Positions 38,131 to 48,305 of a DNA stretch of 64,000 nt are shown piece by piece. The notes under the pieces are model-generated. The model saw only the letters and a list, made by a program, of their open reading frames with translations. It was not told where the DNA came from and did no database searches. The stretch's first letter is position 1; every line of letters begins with the position of its first letter. The position numbers and the translations under genes were made by a program. Origin of the DNA: a virus; IMG/VR virus record IMGVR_UViG_3300011980_000002, positions 96,001-160,000 of that record; one strand, 5' to 3'.

Positions 38131-38527
38131 GAACTCTAATACGAAAAAGATAAATACTAAGTCAAGAGGATTACATCCAAGTTATCTAACTAATTTTGAT
38201 ATATTGGTATGTGGTACTTCTGACCCAGGAACTTCTGCGTTATTATCTCCATGGTGTAATATTAAAGATTTCTATTTTGACTCAAGACCAGAATATGATA
38301 ATTTCATGTATGAGTTTAAAACAGATATAGAAAATTCTTCTAATACCGAATCTATAATTAATATATCATCTGATAATAAAGAGAGGTATTTTGAGGTATT
38401 AAATAAAATGGCTGACATCTTATCATCTTCTAAAGCATATGGACATAGTAATGATGTCTCATATCATATAGAGGAAGGAATAGAGGATGTAGATAGTAAG
38501 ACATTAATAGATAAAGAAGAAGAATAA
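38131..38527 (+). CDS. RNA polymerase beta-like subunit, N-terminal half, exon 2 (5' boundary approximate)
   Basis: The frame is open from 38114. SRGLHPSYLTNFDILVCGTSDPGTSALL aligns with beta [26 protein letters not shown]. The gene ends at 38527, so beta is split as in jumbo-phage RNAPs. Confidence 0.7.
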
Positions 38528-38533
38528 ATTATT

Positions 38534-39247
38534 ATGAAAAAAGTAATTTTAGATATGGGGAAAATATCTAAAGGGATGAGGTTGAAATTTGGTCTTATAT
38601 TATCTGATAATGAAATTCCTAATCAGAAATTTAATAATAAGATAATTAATGTATTTAATTTATCCGGTAATGAATATATTAAGATTTCACCTCATCCTTT
38701 TATTACATTAGACATTAGCTCTTCTTTTGATAAGAATGAGGATTGGTCTAATAATAAATCTGTTACTCTTAATAACGCTAACAAAATGAAGTTTGAGAAT
38801 TCATTACTTAGCGTTATTAAGAGTTTTCAAGTCAAAAATATGTTTTATTATGATAATAATAAGAAACTTATGTGTGATGATAATATCTCTAAGAAGAATA
38901 TGACTAAAATTATCGTTGGGAATAAAACTTGTATATTCAGATGTTTGGCTATACCTGATGAAAATAATAAAGAAGTTAATTATGAAGGAGTTACTATGAT
39001 GGTAAACTCTGTAGATAATTTCTGTTATTTATCATTTGAAGAAGTTAATGTCTTATTATATAGCCTTAAGAATATCAATATGTATAGTATGTCTATTTCA
39101 TTAATGAATTTAGTACAGAGTAATAGTGATTTATTCCCAGAGAAAATAGAAACTTCTAATGAAATAATAAAAGAAGAAATAGAAGAATTGCCAGAACCAA
39201 ATAAAGTACCACCAATAAGTAAAAATAATAGTATACCGGATTTTTAA
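38534..39247 (+). CDS. Hypothetical protein
   Basis: 237-aa ORF, tightly packed after the previous stop codon. Confidence 0.55.
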   Translation: MKKVILDMGKISKGMRLKFGLILSDNEIPNQKFNNKIINVFNLSGNEYIKISPHPFITLDISSSFDKNEDWSNNKSVTLNNANKMKFENSLLSVIKSFQVKNMFYYDNNKKLMCDDNISKKNMTKIIVGNKTCIFRCLAIPDENNKEVNYEGVTMMVNSVDNFCYLSFEEVNVLLYSLKNINMYSMSISLMNLVQSNSDLFPEKIETSNEIIKEEIEELPEPNKVPPISKNNSIPDF

Positions 39248-39317
39248 AATTATAAATTTATCCATATACTATTATTTTGTACTTATATTAAATAAATGGA
39301 AAGGAATAAGAAATAAC

Positions 39318-39755
39318 ATGTATAAAGATCAATTGGAAACAGTGTATGAAGGAACTGGTCTTAGTAAAATAAGAACGGCTCACCCAATAATCACTAAATT
39401 GGTATATGATAATTTATACCAATTAGATGGTTACAAGGGTGAAGAATTAGTATTCTATCATATACTGAGAATATGCAACGATTTTGGATTATTAGATAAG
39501 AAACTTGCTAAAAATAGCAAGGCTTATATGATATATTCATATATAGAAGACGAAAGTAAAAAGAAGCAGGTTTATATTGATAGATATAAGCCTGATAAAG
39601 TAGATGGTAAAGATATACTAGGAATGATATCGGTCGATTATGATAAACCATTCCATGTAATGATGGATGAAAGACAGAAAGAACAAAAAATATCCATTAA
39701 GTATGCTCCTTCAATGGATAGTGCTATTATCAATATATTAAAAGAAGGGAACTAA
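39318..39755 (+). CDS. Hypothetical protein
   Basis: 145-aa ORF with TATACT...ATGGAAAGGA upstream. Confidence 0.6.
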   Translation: MYKDQLETVYEGTGLSKIRTAHPIITKLVYDNLYQLDGYKGEELVFYHILRICNDFGLLDKKLAKNSKAYMIYSYIEDESKKKQVYIDRYKPDKVDGKDILGMISVDYDKPFHVMMDERQKEQKISIKYAPSMDSAIINILKEGN

Positions 39756-39757
39756 TT

Positions 39758-40420
39758 ATGGAAGAAAAAAATAACCCAGAATTATATCTTACTGTAAAAA
39801 GTAGGACATTCCGTATACTTGGTAATATAGATGGATTTGATAAAGAGTATGAAAATGGAAAAGGTTACTGTGATGAAAATAGAGTATATATTTATTATGC
39901 AGAAAAACCTGAGAAATTTGAATATCCGTCATTCTATAAATCTAATGATGGTTTAGTATTTGAAAGAGGTAAAGAAAGCAATTATGATTACTTTGATACT
40001 TCATTATTACAGGATTTAACCTATGATGTAATAAAGAATAATACTAATGCTGATGATGTATATTTTAATGAGCAAGAACTAAATGATATCAATTCAGCTA
40101 CCAGTGTTTATACTCCAACAATGAAAGATAATGATGACTTCTTAAAGAAGTTAATTAAAACTGCACTATTAGAAAAGTCCATCAATCTCAATAGGTTAAA
40201 GTCTAAAGGTCCGGAAGCTTATTCTGTTAGTAATATGAAGACTGCTTTGCAAAATGATACTAAGATGTCAGTAAGTAATTTTGTAAAGTGGTGTGAATTA
40301 TTAGGGATTAAGTTTGAGATAGTAGTAGAAGATAATGGGTTTGATAGAATTAATCCATTACTTAAGAAATTAAAGTATAATAGCTCATTTGATACTATAG
40401 ATATTATTGATAAGAAATAA
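39758..40420 (+). CDS. Hypothetical protein with a possible C-terminal helix-turn-helix
   Basis: 220 aa. The C-terminal segment SVSNMKTALQNDTKMSVSNFVKWCELLGIKFEIV looks like an XRE-type HTH. Confidence 0.5.
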   Translation: MEEKNNPELYLTVKSRTFRILGNIDGFDKEYENGKGYCDENRVYIYYAEKPEKFEYPSFYKSNDGLVFERGKESNYDYFDTSLLQDLTYDVIKNNTNADDVYFNEQELNDINSATSVYTPTMKDNDDFLKKLIKTALLEKSINLNRLKSKGPEAYSVSNMKTALQNDTKMSVSNFVKWCELLGIKFEIVVEDNGFDRINPLLKKLKYNSSFDTIDIIDKK

Positions 40421-40463
40421 ATATATAAAAAATAAATTATAATGGAAAAAGGAGAAAAGAAAT

Positions 40464-41120
40464 ATGAGTTTTATAAATAAATTTATGGAGAGTTTCAAGT
40501 TAAAAGAAAGCAAGGAAGTCGTTAAGAATAATGATGGATTGTGTGAATATATCCATGATTATCTATTAAGCACGGTTCCAGTAAGAGCTACTGTAGAAAT
40601 ATTGAAATTATCCGAGTATGCTAAACTGGAACCAGTAAGAGTTCTATTCAATAGGGTTACTGTAAAAGATATTAGTAATAATCCTAAATTAATCAATGAG
40701 CTAATTCCTAATGATAAAGATTACGGATTTACTTTAGACTACGATGTTAAAGGATTTAGAAGAACTCTTAATAGAGTTTATACTACTGATAATATATTAA
40801 CCTTTAAATGTGAAGATGGAAGAACCATCATGATAAAGATAGAAGCTCAGATGGATTTATATAATGCAAGTCCTGATACAGATGAGGCTGCTTTCTCTAT
40901 GATGTATATCTATATAGCTGATTTATTAACCAGCTTAAATATCGTAGATGCTACCGGTTATTATTTCGAATTACCTCTTAATTATATCGGGATAGACGCT
41001 CAGTATAAGAATTTCTACGAAGGATATATTGAGCATAAAGAATTAGACCTATTAGGTGACAAGATTAATAGGGATAGAATAAGAAGAGAATGGATGGCAC
41101 AGAATTACGATAATATGTAA
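40464..41120 (+). CDS. Hypothetical protein
   Basis: 218-aa ORF with an AAAGGAG RBS. Confidence 0.6.
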   Translation: MSFINKFMESFKLKESKEVVKNNDGLCEYIHDYLLSTVPVRATVEILKLSEYAKLEPVRVLFNRVTVKDISNNPKLINELIPNDKDYGFTLDYDVKGFRRTLNRVYTTDNILTFKCEDGRTIMIKIEAQMDLYNASPDTDEAAFSMMYIYIADLLTSLNIVDATGYYFELPLNYIGIDAQYKNFYEGYIEHKELDLLGDKINRDRIRREWMAQNYDNM

Positions 41121-41127
41121 CATATTT

Positions 41128-41172
41128 AAACCAGTGGGAATTTATTATTAACTTAATATTTCCCACTGGTTT
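41128..41172 (+). terminator. Stem-loop terminator
   Basis: aaaccagtgggaa / ttcccactggttt. Confidence 0.6.
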
Positions 41173-41214
41173 ATAAAATTTATTTTTTTATAATAAAGAA
41201 AGGATTAACTAATT

Positions 41215-41703
41215 ATGATTAATTTATTAAACGATATTAAAGATGTTTTATCAGATACCGATACTAAATGCATTACTATAGGATTATCATTGAATGGTTA
41301 TAGAGCTGGTAATAGTATTATCGATTGTTATGCTCTGTTATATTTAGATGAGAATCTAATATCTGTAGAAAATGAAGCTTGTAAAATGTATGAAGATAAC
41401 TATGTTCCTGAGATTGGTGATTATTGTCTTCATATATACTCTACAATCAATTTTACTAAAGCTTTACATGAATTACCCAATGGATACAGATATTATTATT
41501 CCAATGAAGAAACTAATAGAACTATTTTACTTGATAAATATTTTATTTGTAATATGAAATTATTTGGTGACCATATAGATTTTATGCCTTATGATTTAGA
41601 GATTACAAATATTACTAAAGATGAAAATAGTGGTGTGGATTTCATCTTTCATATAGATGGTAATAAGAATGTAATAGAGGATTATATTAGAATTACACAA
41701 TAA
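41215..41703 (+). CDS. Hypothetical protein
   Basis: 162-aa ORF with a GAAAGGA RBS. Confidence 0.6.
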   Translation: MINLLNDIKDVLSDTDTKCITIGLSLNGYRAGNSIIDCYALLYLDENLISVENEACKMYEDNYVPEIGDYCLHIYSTINFTKALHELPNGYRYYYSNEETNRTILLDKYFICNMKLFGDHIDFMPYDLEITNITKDENSGVDFIFHIDGNKNVIEDYIRITQ

Positions 41704-41757
41704 GCATATACTATTATTATGGTAAAATAATTTTTATATAATAAAGGAGAAAGAAAT

Positions 41758-42510
41758 ATGAAAAATTTAGAAGTGTTAAGAGTTACTGATGAAGAGATGG
41801 ATAATCTTGAGGGGTTATTTGTAAGTCAAACAAGTAAAGTTCCAGTTTTAAATACATATATAACTAAAACTGTATCTGCAATAATAGTACCCGATGTTGA
41901 TATCGTAATAAATACAACTAAGGATAGTAAGTATAATGTAAGATATTTACTAACAGAAAATAGAATTAGTAATAGTAGAATTACTGACACATTACCAAAT
42001 AACGTAACTGAATATGAGATGTGTAGTACAATAATAACCACACATGATAACACAGACTGGGAACTGGTAAATTTACCAGTCTCACAGTTATTAACATCTA
42101 GTGGTAAACTTGATATAGAAAAGTGCTCAGAACTCCATGAGATTAAAACTTATGAGTATGATGAAAATTGTAGTTTGAGCTTAGTAATGAATTTATCTAC
42201 TATAGATAGTTCATTTAGTATATTAACATCTATAAATGGTAAATTACTTCCATTAAAGGGATGTAAACCTACTAAGTTCCTTATGTATAGTTATCCTAAC
42301 AGTGAAACATTCATCACTCATCATAATAATGCTCACAAACATATTGGTAGTGGAGCTTCAATCGTTATGGAAGTAGATGTACCATTAGGAATAGTTGAAA
42401 ATAACCCTGATAAATATTTCTTATTACTTGGTAAGGAATTCAAAGTGGATGTTTTCAATATTAATGAGGAAGCAGATTTAATTAGTTGTATTGCTAATGA
42501 AATAGAATAG
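41758..42510 (+). CDS. Hypothetical protein
   Basis: 250-aa ORF with a TATACT promoter variant and AAAGGAG upstream. Confidence 0.6.
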   Translation: MKNLEVLRVTDEEMDNLEGLFVSQTSKVPVLNTYITKTVSAIIVPDVDIVINTTKDSKYNVRYLLTENRISNSRITDTLPNNVTEYEMCSTIITTHDNTDWELVNLPVSQLLTSSGKLDIEKCSELHEIKTYEYDENCSLSLVMNLSTIDSSFSILTSINGKLLPLKGCKPTKFLMYSYPNSETFITHHNNAHKHIGSGASIVMEVDVPLGIVENNPDKYFLLLGKEFKVDVFNINEEADLISCIANEIE

Positions 42511-42521
42511 GTGGTGGTATT

Positions 42522-42782
42522 ATGACCGATAGGGAATTCCAAGAATTGTGTATAGAGAAGATAATTGAATATCATAATTCTAAAATAAGTAACGATGAAC
42601 CTAAACTAAGACCATCTATGGTATATTGTACTCATGCAGTTAATCTAACGATAATGCGTAAAACATTATTTGCCACTACTCCGGTTAGCAGTAGATATTA
42701 CGAATTAACATATACTGAGTTCAATAATGAATTAAGGTTAAATGTATACGATATGACAGATGAGCTAAAATTTAAACTATAA
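42522..42782 (+). CDS. Hypothetical protein
   Basis: 86-aa ORF with a GGTGG RBS. Confidence 0.5.
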   Translation: MTDREFQELCIEKIIEYHNSKISNDEPKLRPSMVYCTHAVNLTIMRKTLFATTPVSSRYYELTYTEFNNELRLNVYDMTDELKFKL

Positions 42783-42808
42783 AAAATATTAAAAAGGCAG
42801 GTATTATC

Positions 42809-44791
42809 ATGAAACTAAATTTAGATTCTTATGAAATGACTCATAAAGATATTAAGTTTAATAATAAATTTATTAATAGGGAACTGTCTTGGTTAGATTT
42901 TAATTATAGGGTACTGGATTGTGTAAACAATCCAAGTATCCCTATTAATGAAAGACTTAATTTTTTAGGTATAACAACTTCTAACCTGGACGAGTTCTTA
43001 TCAGTAAGATTTTCTTATGCTTATTATAACAAAGATAAAGAACCTTATAAAGATATTCTAAAGTCTATATATAAATTCTTAAATAACCAAATCAAATCTT
43101 ATAATAATCTCCAATTAGATTTAAAGAAAGAAGATATTTCTATATCTAAAGTATCTAAGCTAGATAAGAAAGAATTAAAGAAATTAAATAATATTTTCAA
43201 TCTTTCTATCTTCCCGTTATTATCTCCGACAAATATCAAATCTAATAATGATATTCCTAATATGAATAATGGGGATTTATGTGTGGGATGTCTATCTGGA
43301 GATAATGATTTAATCATAATCCCTATACCAAAATCTATAAATTACTTAATTAAAGTAAATAAGAAATATCTACTAATAGAAGATGTAATTCTTTCATTAA
43401 TAGATGATATCTTGATTAATAAGAATATAAAACATAAGTGTGTATTTAGATTAATAAAAGATATGTCATTTACTTTAGACCATGATAATTCTAAATTCAT
43501 TATAGATAGAATGAATGATATAATTTTACAAAGACAATCATCCAAACCTATCTTTTGTGAATTTGAATCTTCTATAGATAGTAATCTTAAAGATTTAATC
43601 ATCGATACATTTGATATTAATAAATCCCATATATTTTACAGTAAACAAATCGTAGATTATAGAAGATTTATGAAAAATAAGTTGTTATCGAGTAACTACT
43701 CGTATAAACCATTTAAATCACATAATCTTAAATTTAACGACTCTAAGTATAGCATTTTCTCTATAATAGATGAAAAGGACATTTTGTTACAACATCCGTA
43801 TGATAGTTATGAATCAGTAGTAAGATTTATCAACCATGCTGCGATTGATAAAGATGTTGTAGCAATTAGACAGACTCTATATAGAGTTTCATCTATAGAT
43901 GGTCCAATAATAAATGGATTATGCAAAGCTGCGAAGAATGGTAAACAAGTTACAGTATTAGTAGAAATAAAAGCTAGATTTGATGAGAAGAATAATATAG
44001 AGATTATAGATAAATTAAAAGAATCAGGATGTAATGTATTATTAGGAAATGAGTATCTTAAAACACATTGTAAGATGTGTTTGGTTATAAGTAAAGATAA
44101 TGATACTTATAAGATATATTCTCATGTGGCTACCGGTAATTATAATGAGAAAACCAGTATGTTATATACAGATATATCATATTTTACAAGTAAACAAAAA
44201 ATAGGTAATGACTTATTGCATATCTTCAATATATTATCTGGAGTATCCAAACCTGATAGTAAATTACAAAAGATATCATATTCTCCAGTTACTTTAAGAA
44301 AAACTATAATAGGTAATATTGATAAATGTATTAAGTTAGCGAAGAAAGATAAAAAGTCTGAGATATTTATTAAAGTTAATTCTATATCTGACAAAATTAT
44401 AGTTAAGAAATTATATGAAGCTGCTGATAGTGGAGTTAATATCTATATCATATGTAGAGGAATATGTTCTATTATCCCTAGGAAAAATCTCTATATAAAA
44501 TCTATAGTAGGTAGATTCTTAGAGCATAGTAGAATATATCATTTTAACTATGATGGAAATAAAGAATATTATATTTCATCAGCAGATTTATTAACTAGAA
44601 ATTTAGATAGAAGAATTGAGATATTATTAAATATCTCTGATAATAAGTGTATTAATAAACTACAAGAGATTATTAAAGTAATGAAGAAAGATGAAGTTAA
44701 TAGTTTCATTATGGATAGTAAAGGTAACTTTAGTAGAGGTAAAGGAAATTATAATTGTCATAACGAATTCATTGGGAATAAGATTAAGTAG
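42809..44791 (+). CDS. ppk1: Polyphosphate kinase 1 (PPK1)
   Basis: Contains FINRELSWLDFNYRVLD...ERLNFLGITTSNLDEFLSVRF (PPK1 N-domain signature), KTHCKMCLV, YSHVATGNYNEKTSMLYTD (phosphohistidine region), and VGRFLEHSRIYHF...YISSADLLTRNLDRRIE. Confidence 0.9.
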   Translation: MKLNLDSYEMTHKDIKFNNKFINRELSWLDFNYRVLDCVNNPSIPINERLNFLGITTSNLDEFLSVRFSYAYYNKDKEPYKDILKSIYKFLNNQIKSYNNLQLDLKKEDISISKVSKLDKKELKKLNNIFNLSIFPLLSPTNIKSNNDIPNMNNGDLCVGCLSGDNDLIIIPIPKSINYLIKVNKKYLLIEDVILSLIDDILINKNIKHKCVFRLIKDMSFTLDHDNSKFIIDRMNDIILQRQSSKPIFCEFESSIDSNLKDLIIDTFDINKSHIFYSKQIVDYRRFMKNKLLSSNYSYKPFKSHNLKFNDSKYSIFSIIDEKDILLQHPYDSYESVVRFINHAAIDKDVVAIRQTLYRVSSIDGPIINGLCKAAKNGKQVTVLVEIKARFDEKNNIEIIDKLKESGCNVLLGNEYLKTHCKMCLVISKDNDTYKIYSHVATGNYNEKTSMLYTDISYFTSKQKIGNDLLHIFNILSGVSKPDSKLQKISYSPVTLRKTIIGNIDKCIKLAKKDKKSEIFIKVNSISDKIIVKKLYEAADSGVNIYIICRGICSIIPRKNLYIKSIVGRFLEHSRIYHFNYDGNKEYYISSADLLTRNLDRRIEILLNISDNKCINKLQEIIKVMKKDEVNSFIMDSKGNFSRGKGNYNCHNEFIGNKIK

Positions 44792-44851
44792 TTTATATAA
44801 TATTAAATTGTAACTAATAAATATCTATAAAGGAAAGGAAGTAATAGAATT

Positions 44852-45199
44852 ATGGGAAACAAAGATAATATATTTGGTAGTAGAAAAGAGATAGCTAAGG
44901 GTGTAAGAAGAGATGCATCAGATTTATTTAGGTCTACAGATAGTAGACCTGTTGAAGAAACCGGTTCTAAATCATTAGTTTATTATCAGTCAAAGATAGA
45001 TGGCTATTTAGTAGAAAAAGAAGCTAATGAAAATAAAGCTGCTGTTTTAGTAGCAGAATGTCTTAATGACAGAAGTATGAGTGCTAAGAGTGAGAATGAA
45101 TTAGTTAGAATAATTAATGATTTACTCAAAGGATATGACTCTGAAGAGAAAGTTAGAATTCTTACTAAAGCTTTAGTAATTAAATTTAGAATGATATAG
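44852..45199 (+). CDS. Hypothetical protein
   Basis: 115-aa ORF with a GGAAAGGA RBS. Confidence 0.6.
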   Translation: MGNKDNIFGSRKEIAKGVRRDASDLFRSTDSRPVEETGSKSLVYYQSKIDGYLVEKEANENKAAVLVAECLNDRSMSAKSENELVRIINDLLKGYDSEEKVRILTKALVIKFRMI

Positions 45200-45220
45200 G
45201 ACATTCTAATAATTAAATGG

Positions 45221-45269
45221 AAAGAAATGAGATGTTTGTAGATTGTAGTACACATCTCATTTCTTTTTT
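45221..45269 (+). terminator. Rho-independent terminator
   Basis: aaagaaatgagatgt / acatctcatttcttt followed by a T-run. Confidence 0.7.
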
Positions 45270-45312
45270 ATTTAAAATATAATTAAAATGATGAAAGTGT
45301 GGTATAATTATT

Positions 45313-46038
45313 ATGAATATAATAGAAATACAAAAACTATCTCCTGATAATATCAAAACCAGTAAATATTTTAATGCTAAAGTATTAGATTTTCCTATAG
45401 ATAGTGGTAAAGATTTTATCATTCTTACTAGAGAATTGCAACCTGAGTATTATAACAACTTAATGTCTAAAATAGTAGATATTTATAAACTCTGTAGAGA
45501 TGCAAAGGATTTGTATTTCATTACAGAATACGGAGTGCTACTAGATATTAGTACAAGTCATAAGTTTGAATTGCGCAGTAACAAATCTAAGATATATCAT
45601 TTTAGAAGTAGTAGTGAGATTATATTTAATTTTATAAGGTCATTAGGATATTTCTATAAAAAGGTATCTATGGAAATACATGATAGAAATATCGTTGATA
45701 GAGTTGTAACTCATGGACCAACTACTACTGATATAGGATTACATTGCTCATATACATCTAATTATAATAATGATGTTATAGATGGTATAAATTTAAGTTA
45801 TAAGAATTTTTCAGATGCAATATATAAGTTTGTACCAGATATAAGTATGATAAATAGTGATTTATACTATTATATTATAAAGAGTAATTACTACGGTTGT
45901 GAGATAGTAAGTCTTAGTGATATAATATCTAGCGACTGTGGTACATGTAAATACATTAAAGGTTGCCACATAAAGAATATAATAAATTACTTTGAGATGG
46001 GTTCTGATAATCCTAAGGTAATTTCCTCTTTAGAATAA
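45313..46038 (+). CDS. Hypothetical protein
   Basis: 241-aa ORF. The start codon is uncertain. Confidence 0.55.
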   Translation: MNIIEIQKLSPDNIKTSKYFNAKVLDFPIDSGKDFIILTRELQPEYYNNLMSKIVDIYKLCRDAKDLYFITEYGVLLDISTSHKFELRSNKSKIYHFRSSSEIIFNFIRSLGYFYKKVSMEIHDRNIVDRVVTHGPTTTDIGLHCSYTSNYNNDVIDGINLSYKNFSDAIYKFVPDISMINSDLYYYIIKSNYYGCEIVSLSDIISSDCGTCKYIKGCHIKNIINYFEMGSDNPKVISSLE

Positions 46039-46079
46039 AGAATTTAATTTAAGAAAGGATAAACAAAACTACAGGTGAT

Positions 46080-47522
46080 ATGAAAAGAATAATTTCAGTA
46101 TATCATACTCATATAGAAATTTATCCATATGAATTAGGAGACTTTAGACGAATAGAAACTTTCTATTCAGAATTTGATATAGTATTTCATAAGTATAATC
46201 CAATAGCTTATTACTATGAGGATAATACTCTATATTTACCAAGAGGTACAAGTTTAACTTATTTGCAAAAGAATTTACCTGAGTCTGAAATAGTAATTAA
46301 GAAAGATACAGATGACAAAGAGTATATTAAGATAAATCCGTTAATTGGATATAAATCAGATATACAAAAAGAAGCAGTAGAATTTCTATCATCCGAGGGT
46401 AGATTTACTAAAGGATTATCATATTCTCAATTTGCATTAAACTTGGATACTGGTGATGGTAAAACTATTGCAATGATATTAGCAATAGCTCAAAGATATA
46501 AAACAAGAGCTATGATAATAATGAACCAATCGGATTTAAAGAAACAGTGGAAACGAGAATTTATTAAAGCTACGGATATAGATGAGAATAGGATATTAGA
46601 TATATCAGGTTCTGATACTATAGTTAAATTAATGGATAGTAATGAAATAGATTATGATATCTTTTTAATCAATCATCAGACTTTATCATCATTTGGTAAA
46701 AGATATGGTTGGAAAGAGTTATCCAATTTCTTTAAAAAGATTAAAATTGGAGTTAAAGTATACGATGAAGCTCATAAGTTCTTTACTAATATATCAATGA
46801 TAGATTTCTTTACTAACACAGAAAAGACTTTTTACTTAACTGCTACATTTAAGCGTAGTGGAGCAAGAGAGTCTACGATGTTTAAGAAAGCATTTAGTAA
46901 TTGCTATAGGTTTGGTGAAGAGACTCTTAATTATGAGAGTAAAAGAAAACATACAGACTATTTCTATATTCAGTTTAATAGTAATTGCCCAGTATTAACA
47001 CAATCAAGATTATATGGAAGATTTTCTGTGTCCCCATTCAATTATATTAAGTATCAATTATTTTGGGATGAAAGAAAAACCTTTTATAATGTCTTAAAGA
47101 AAGTAATTAAGCTAATAGAGAATTTAGAGGGTAAGATATTAATAATATCTCCTACGATAGAATCTACTGAAGTAATTGGTAAATTTATATCTGATAATTT
47201 TGATAAGAGAGTAGTAATTATGAATTCTAAAATTAATGAAGAAGTCGATTTTAGTAATTATGATGTAATAAGTGCTACGATGAAATTATTAGGTACTGCT
47301 ATAGATATAAAAGGATTAAGAGTATTAATTAATACCGAACCATTTAAATCTGAAGTTAACTTAAGACAATTAAAAGGTAGATTGAGGGAATATAATAGTA
47401 CTGATATGACATACATGTTTGATTTAGTAGATGTTTCTATAAGAGATGTATCTAGTATGGGACAAAGTAGACTTAATAATATGAAGAAATATGCTAATGA
47501 AATTAAGATAATTAATGTATAA
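46080..47522 (+). CDS. SF2 DEAH-box helicase
   Basis: Contains Walker A LDTGDGKTIA, motif II VYDEAHKF, motif III TATFKR, and motif VI QLKGRLRE. Confidence 0.8.
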   Translation: MKRIISVYHTHIEIYPYELGDFRRIETFYSEFDIVFHKYNPIAYYYEDNTLYLPRGTSLTYLQKNLPESEIVIKKDTDDKEYIKINPLIGYKSDIQKEAVEFLSSEGRFTKGLSYSQFALNLDTGDGKTIAMILAIAQRYKTRAMIIMNQSDLKKQWKREFIKATDIDENRILDISGSDTIVKLMDSNEIDYDIFLINHQTLSSFGKRYGWKELSNFFKKIKIGVKVYDEAHKFFTNISMIDFFTNTEKTFYLTATFKRSGARESTMFKKAFSNCYRFGEETLNYESKRKHTDYFYIQFNSNCPVLTQSRLYGRFSVSPFNYIKYQLFWDERKTFYNVLKKVIKLIENLEGKILIISPTIESTEVIGKFISDNFDKRVVIMNSKINEEVDFSNYDVISATMKLLGTAIDIKGLRVLINTEPFKSEVNLRQLKGRLREYNSTDMTYMFDLVDVSIRDVSSMGQSRLNNMKKYANEIKIINV

Positions 47523-47574
47523 CAAAATTATAAGCAATTAAAAAAATATTAAGATATATAGGAGATTACAGATA

Positions 47575-48156
47575 ATGAAGTATAATCATAAACTTTATGT
47601 AATTACTGCTCAGCCAGAAGTAGGTAACCTCGATAAACTCGCAGATAATATTATACAGCACTTCTTAGATCCGAATGCTGAATATACAAAACCGGAAACG
47701 GATTTCAGAGTTCATCAGTATAATAATGAACTCGTTCCACTATTCAATGGTGAAGGTGGTGAAAAGGTTGTTGATGCTATTAAGTATAGTCTCGATAATG
47801 GCGAAGGAAGTGTACTTTATGTTGCTAAGTCTGTAGACCAGTATAAGAAGCTTGTTGAAGTATTTGGTGAAGATAGGGTTGTTAACATAGTAGTTGAAGC
47901 ATCACTTGTTGATAGATTTAAGAGCTATGTAGATACTATTGATTACTCTGATGATGAGAGTTGTCTTAAGTGCCTTAAGCACTTCATAAACAGTAATAGC
48001 AAGTATGCTAAGCATCAGGCTTCCAGAGGATACAAGAATGCTGTTAATGAAGGAAGAGTATTCAAGTATAGATCAGATGAGAAGGCTGCTTCATCTTTAG
48101 TAGACGAGGTGTCTAACTTCATACTTAAAAAGGGTGGATTTTACGAAGCTAAGTAA
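47575..48156 (+). CDS. Hypothetical protein (G+C-richer)
   Basis: 193-aa ORF with an AGGAG RBS. No motif recognised. Confidence 0.6.
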   Translation: MKYNHKLYVITAQPEVGNLDKLADNIIQHFLDPNAEYTKPETDFRVHQYNNELVPLFNGEGGEKVVDAIKYSLDNGEGSVLYVAKSVDQYKKLVEVFGEDRVVNIVVEASLVDRFKSYVDTIDYSDDESCLKCLKHFINSNSKYAKHQASRGYKNAVNEGRVFKYRSDEKAASSLVDEVSNFILKKGGFYEAK

Positions 48157-48191
48157 ATTACTTTTATAATTGCTTTAATATTATAAATAAT

Positions 48192-48230
48192 ATACCATAT
48201 GGGTTCTATTCCCATATGGTATATTATTTT
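48192..48230 (+). terminator. Stem-loop terminator
   Basis: ataccatatggg / cccatatggtat. Confidence 0.6.
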
Positions 48231-48274
48231 CCGTATTTCATATATATATATACCGATATACTATTTATGTGTAA
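48231..48274 (+). promoter_or_regulatory. Cassette promoter
   Basis: ccgtattt-N18 (TA-rich)-tatactatttatgtgtaataaaataaat. Confidence 0.6.
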
Positions 48275-48305
48275 TAAAATAAATATATAAAGGAGATTAT
48301 TAATT

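Noticed and set aside
45217-45226. An ATGGAAAGAA box at 45217 as another member of the ATGGAAAGGA initiation motif.
   Set aside because: It forms the 5' arm of the 45221-45269 terminator hairpin, and no ORF starts within 80 nt.
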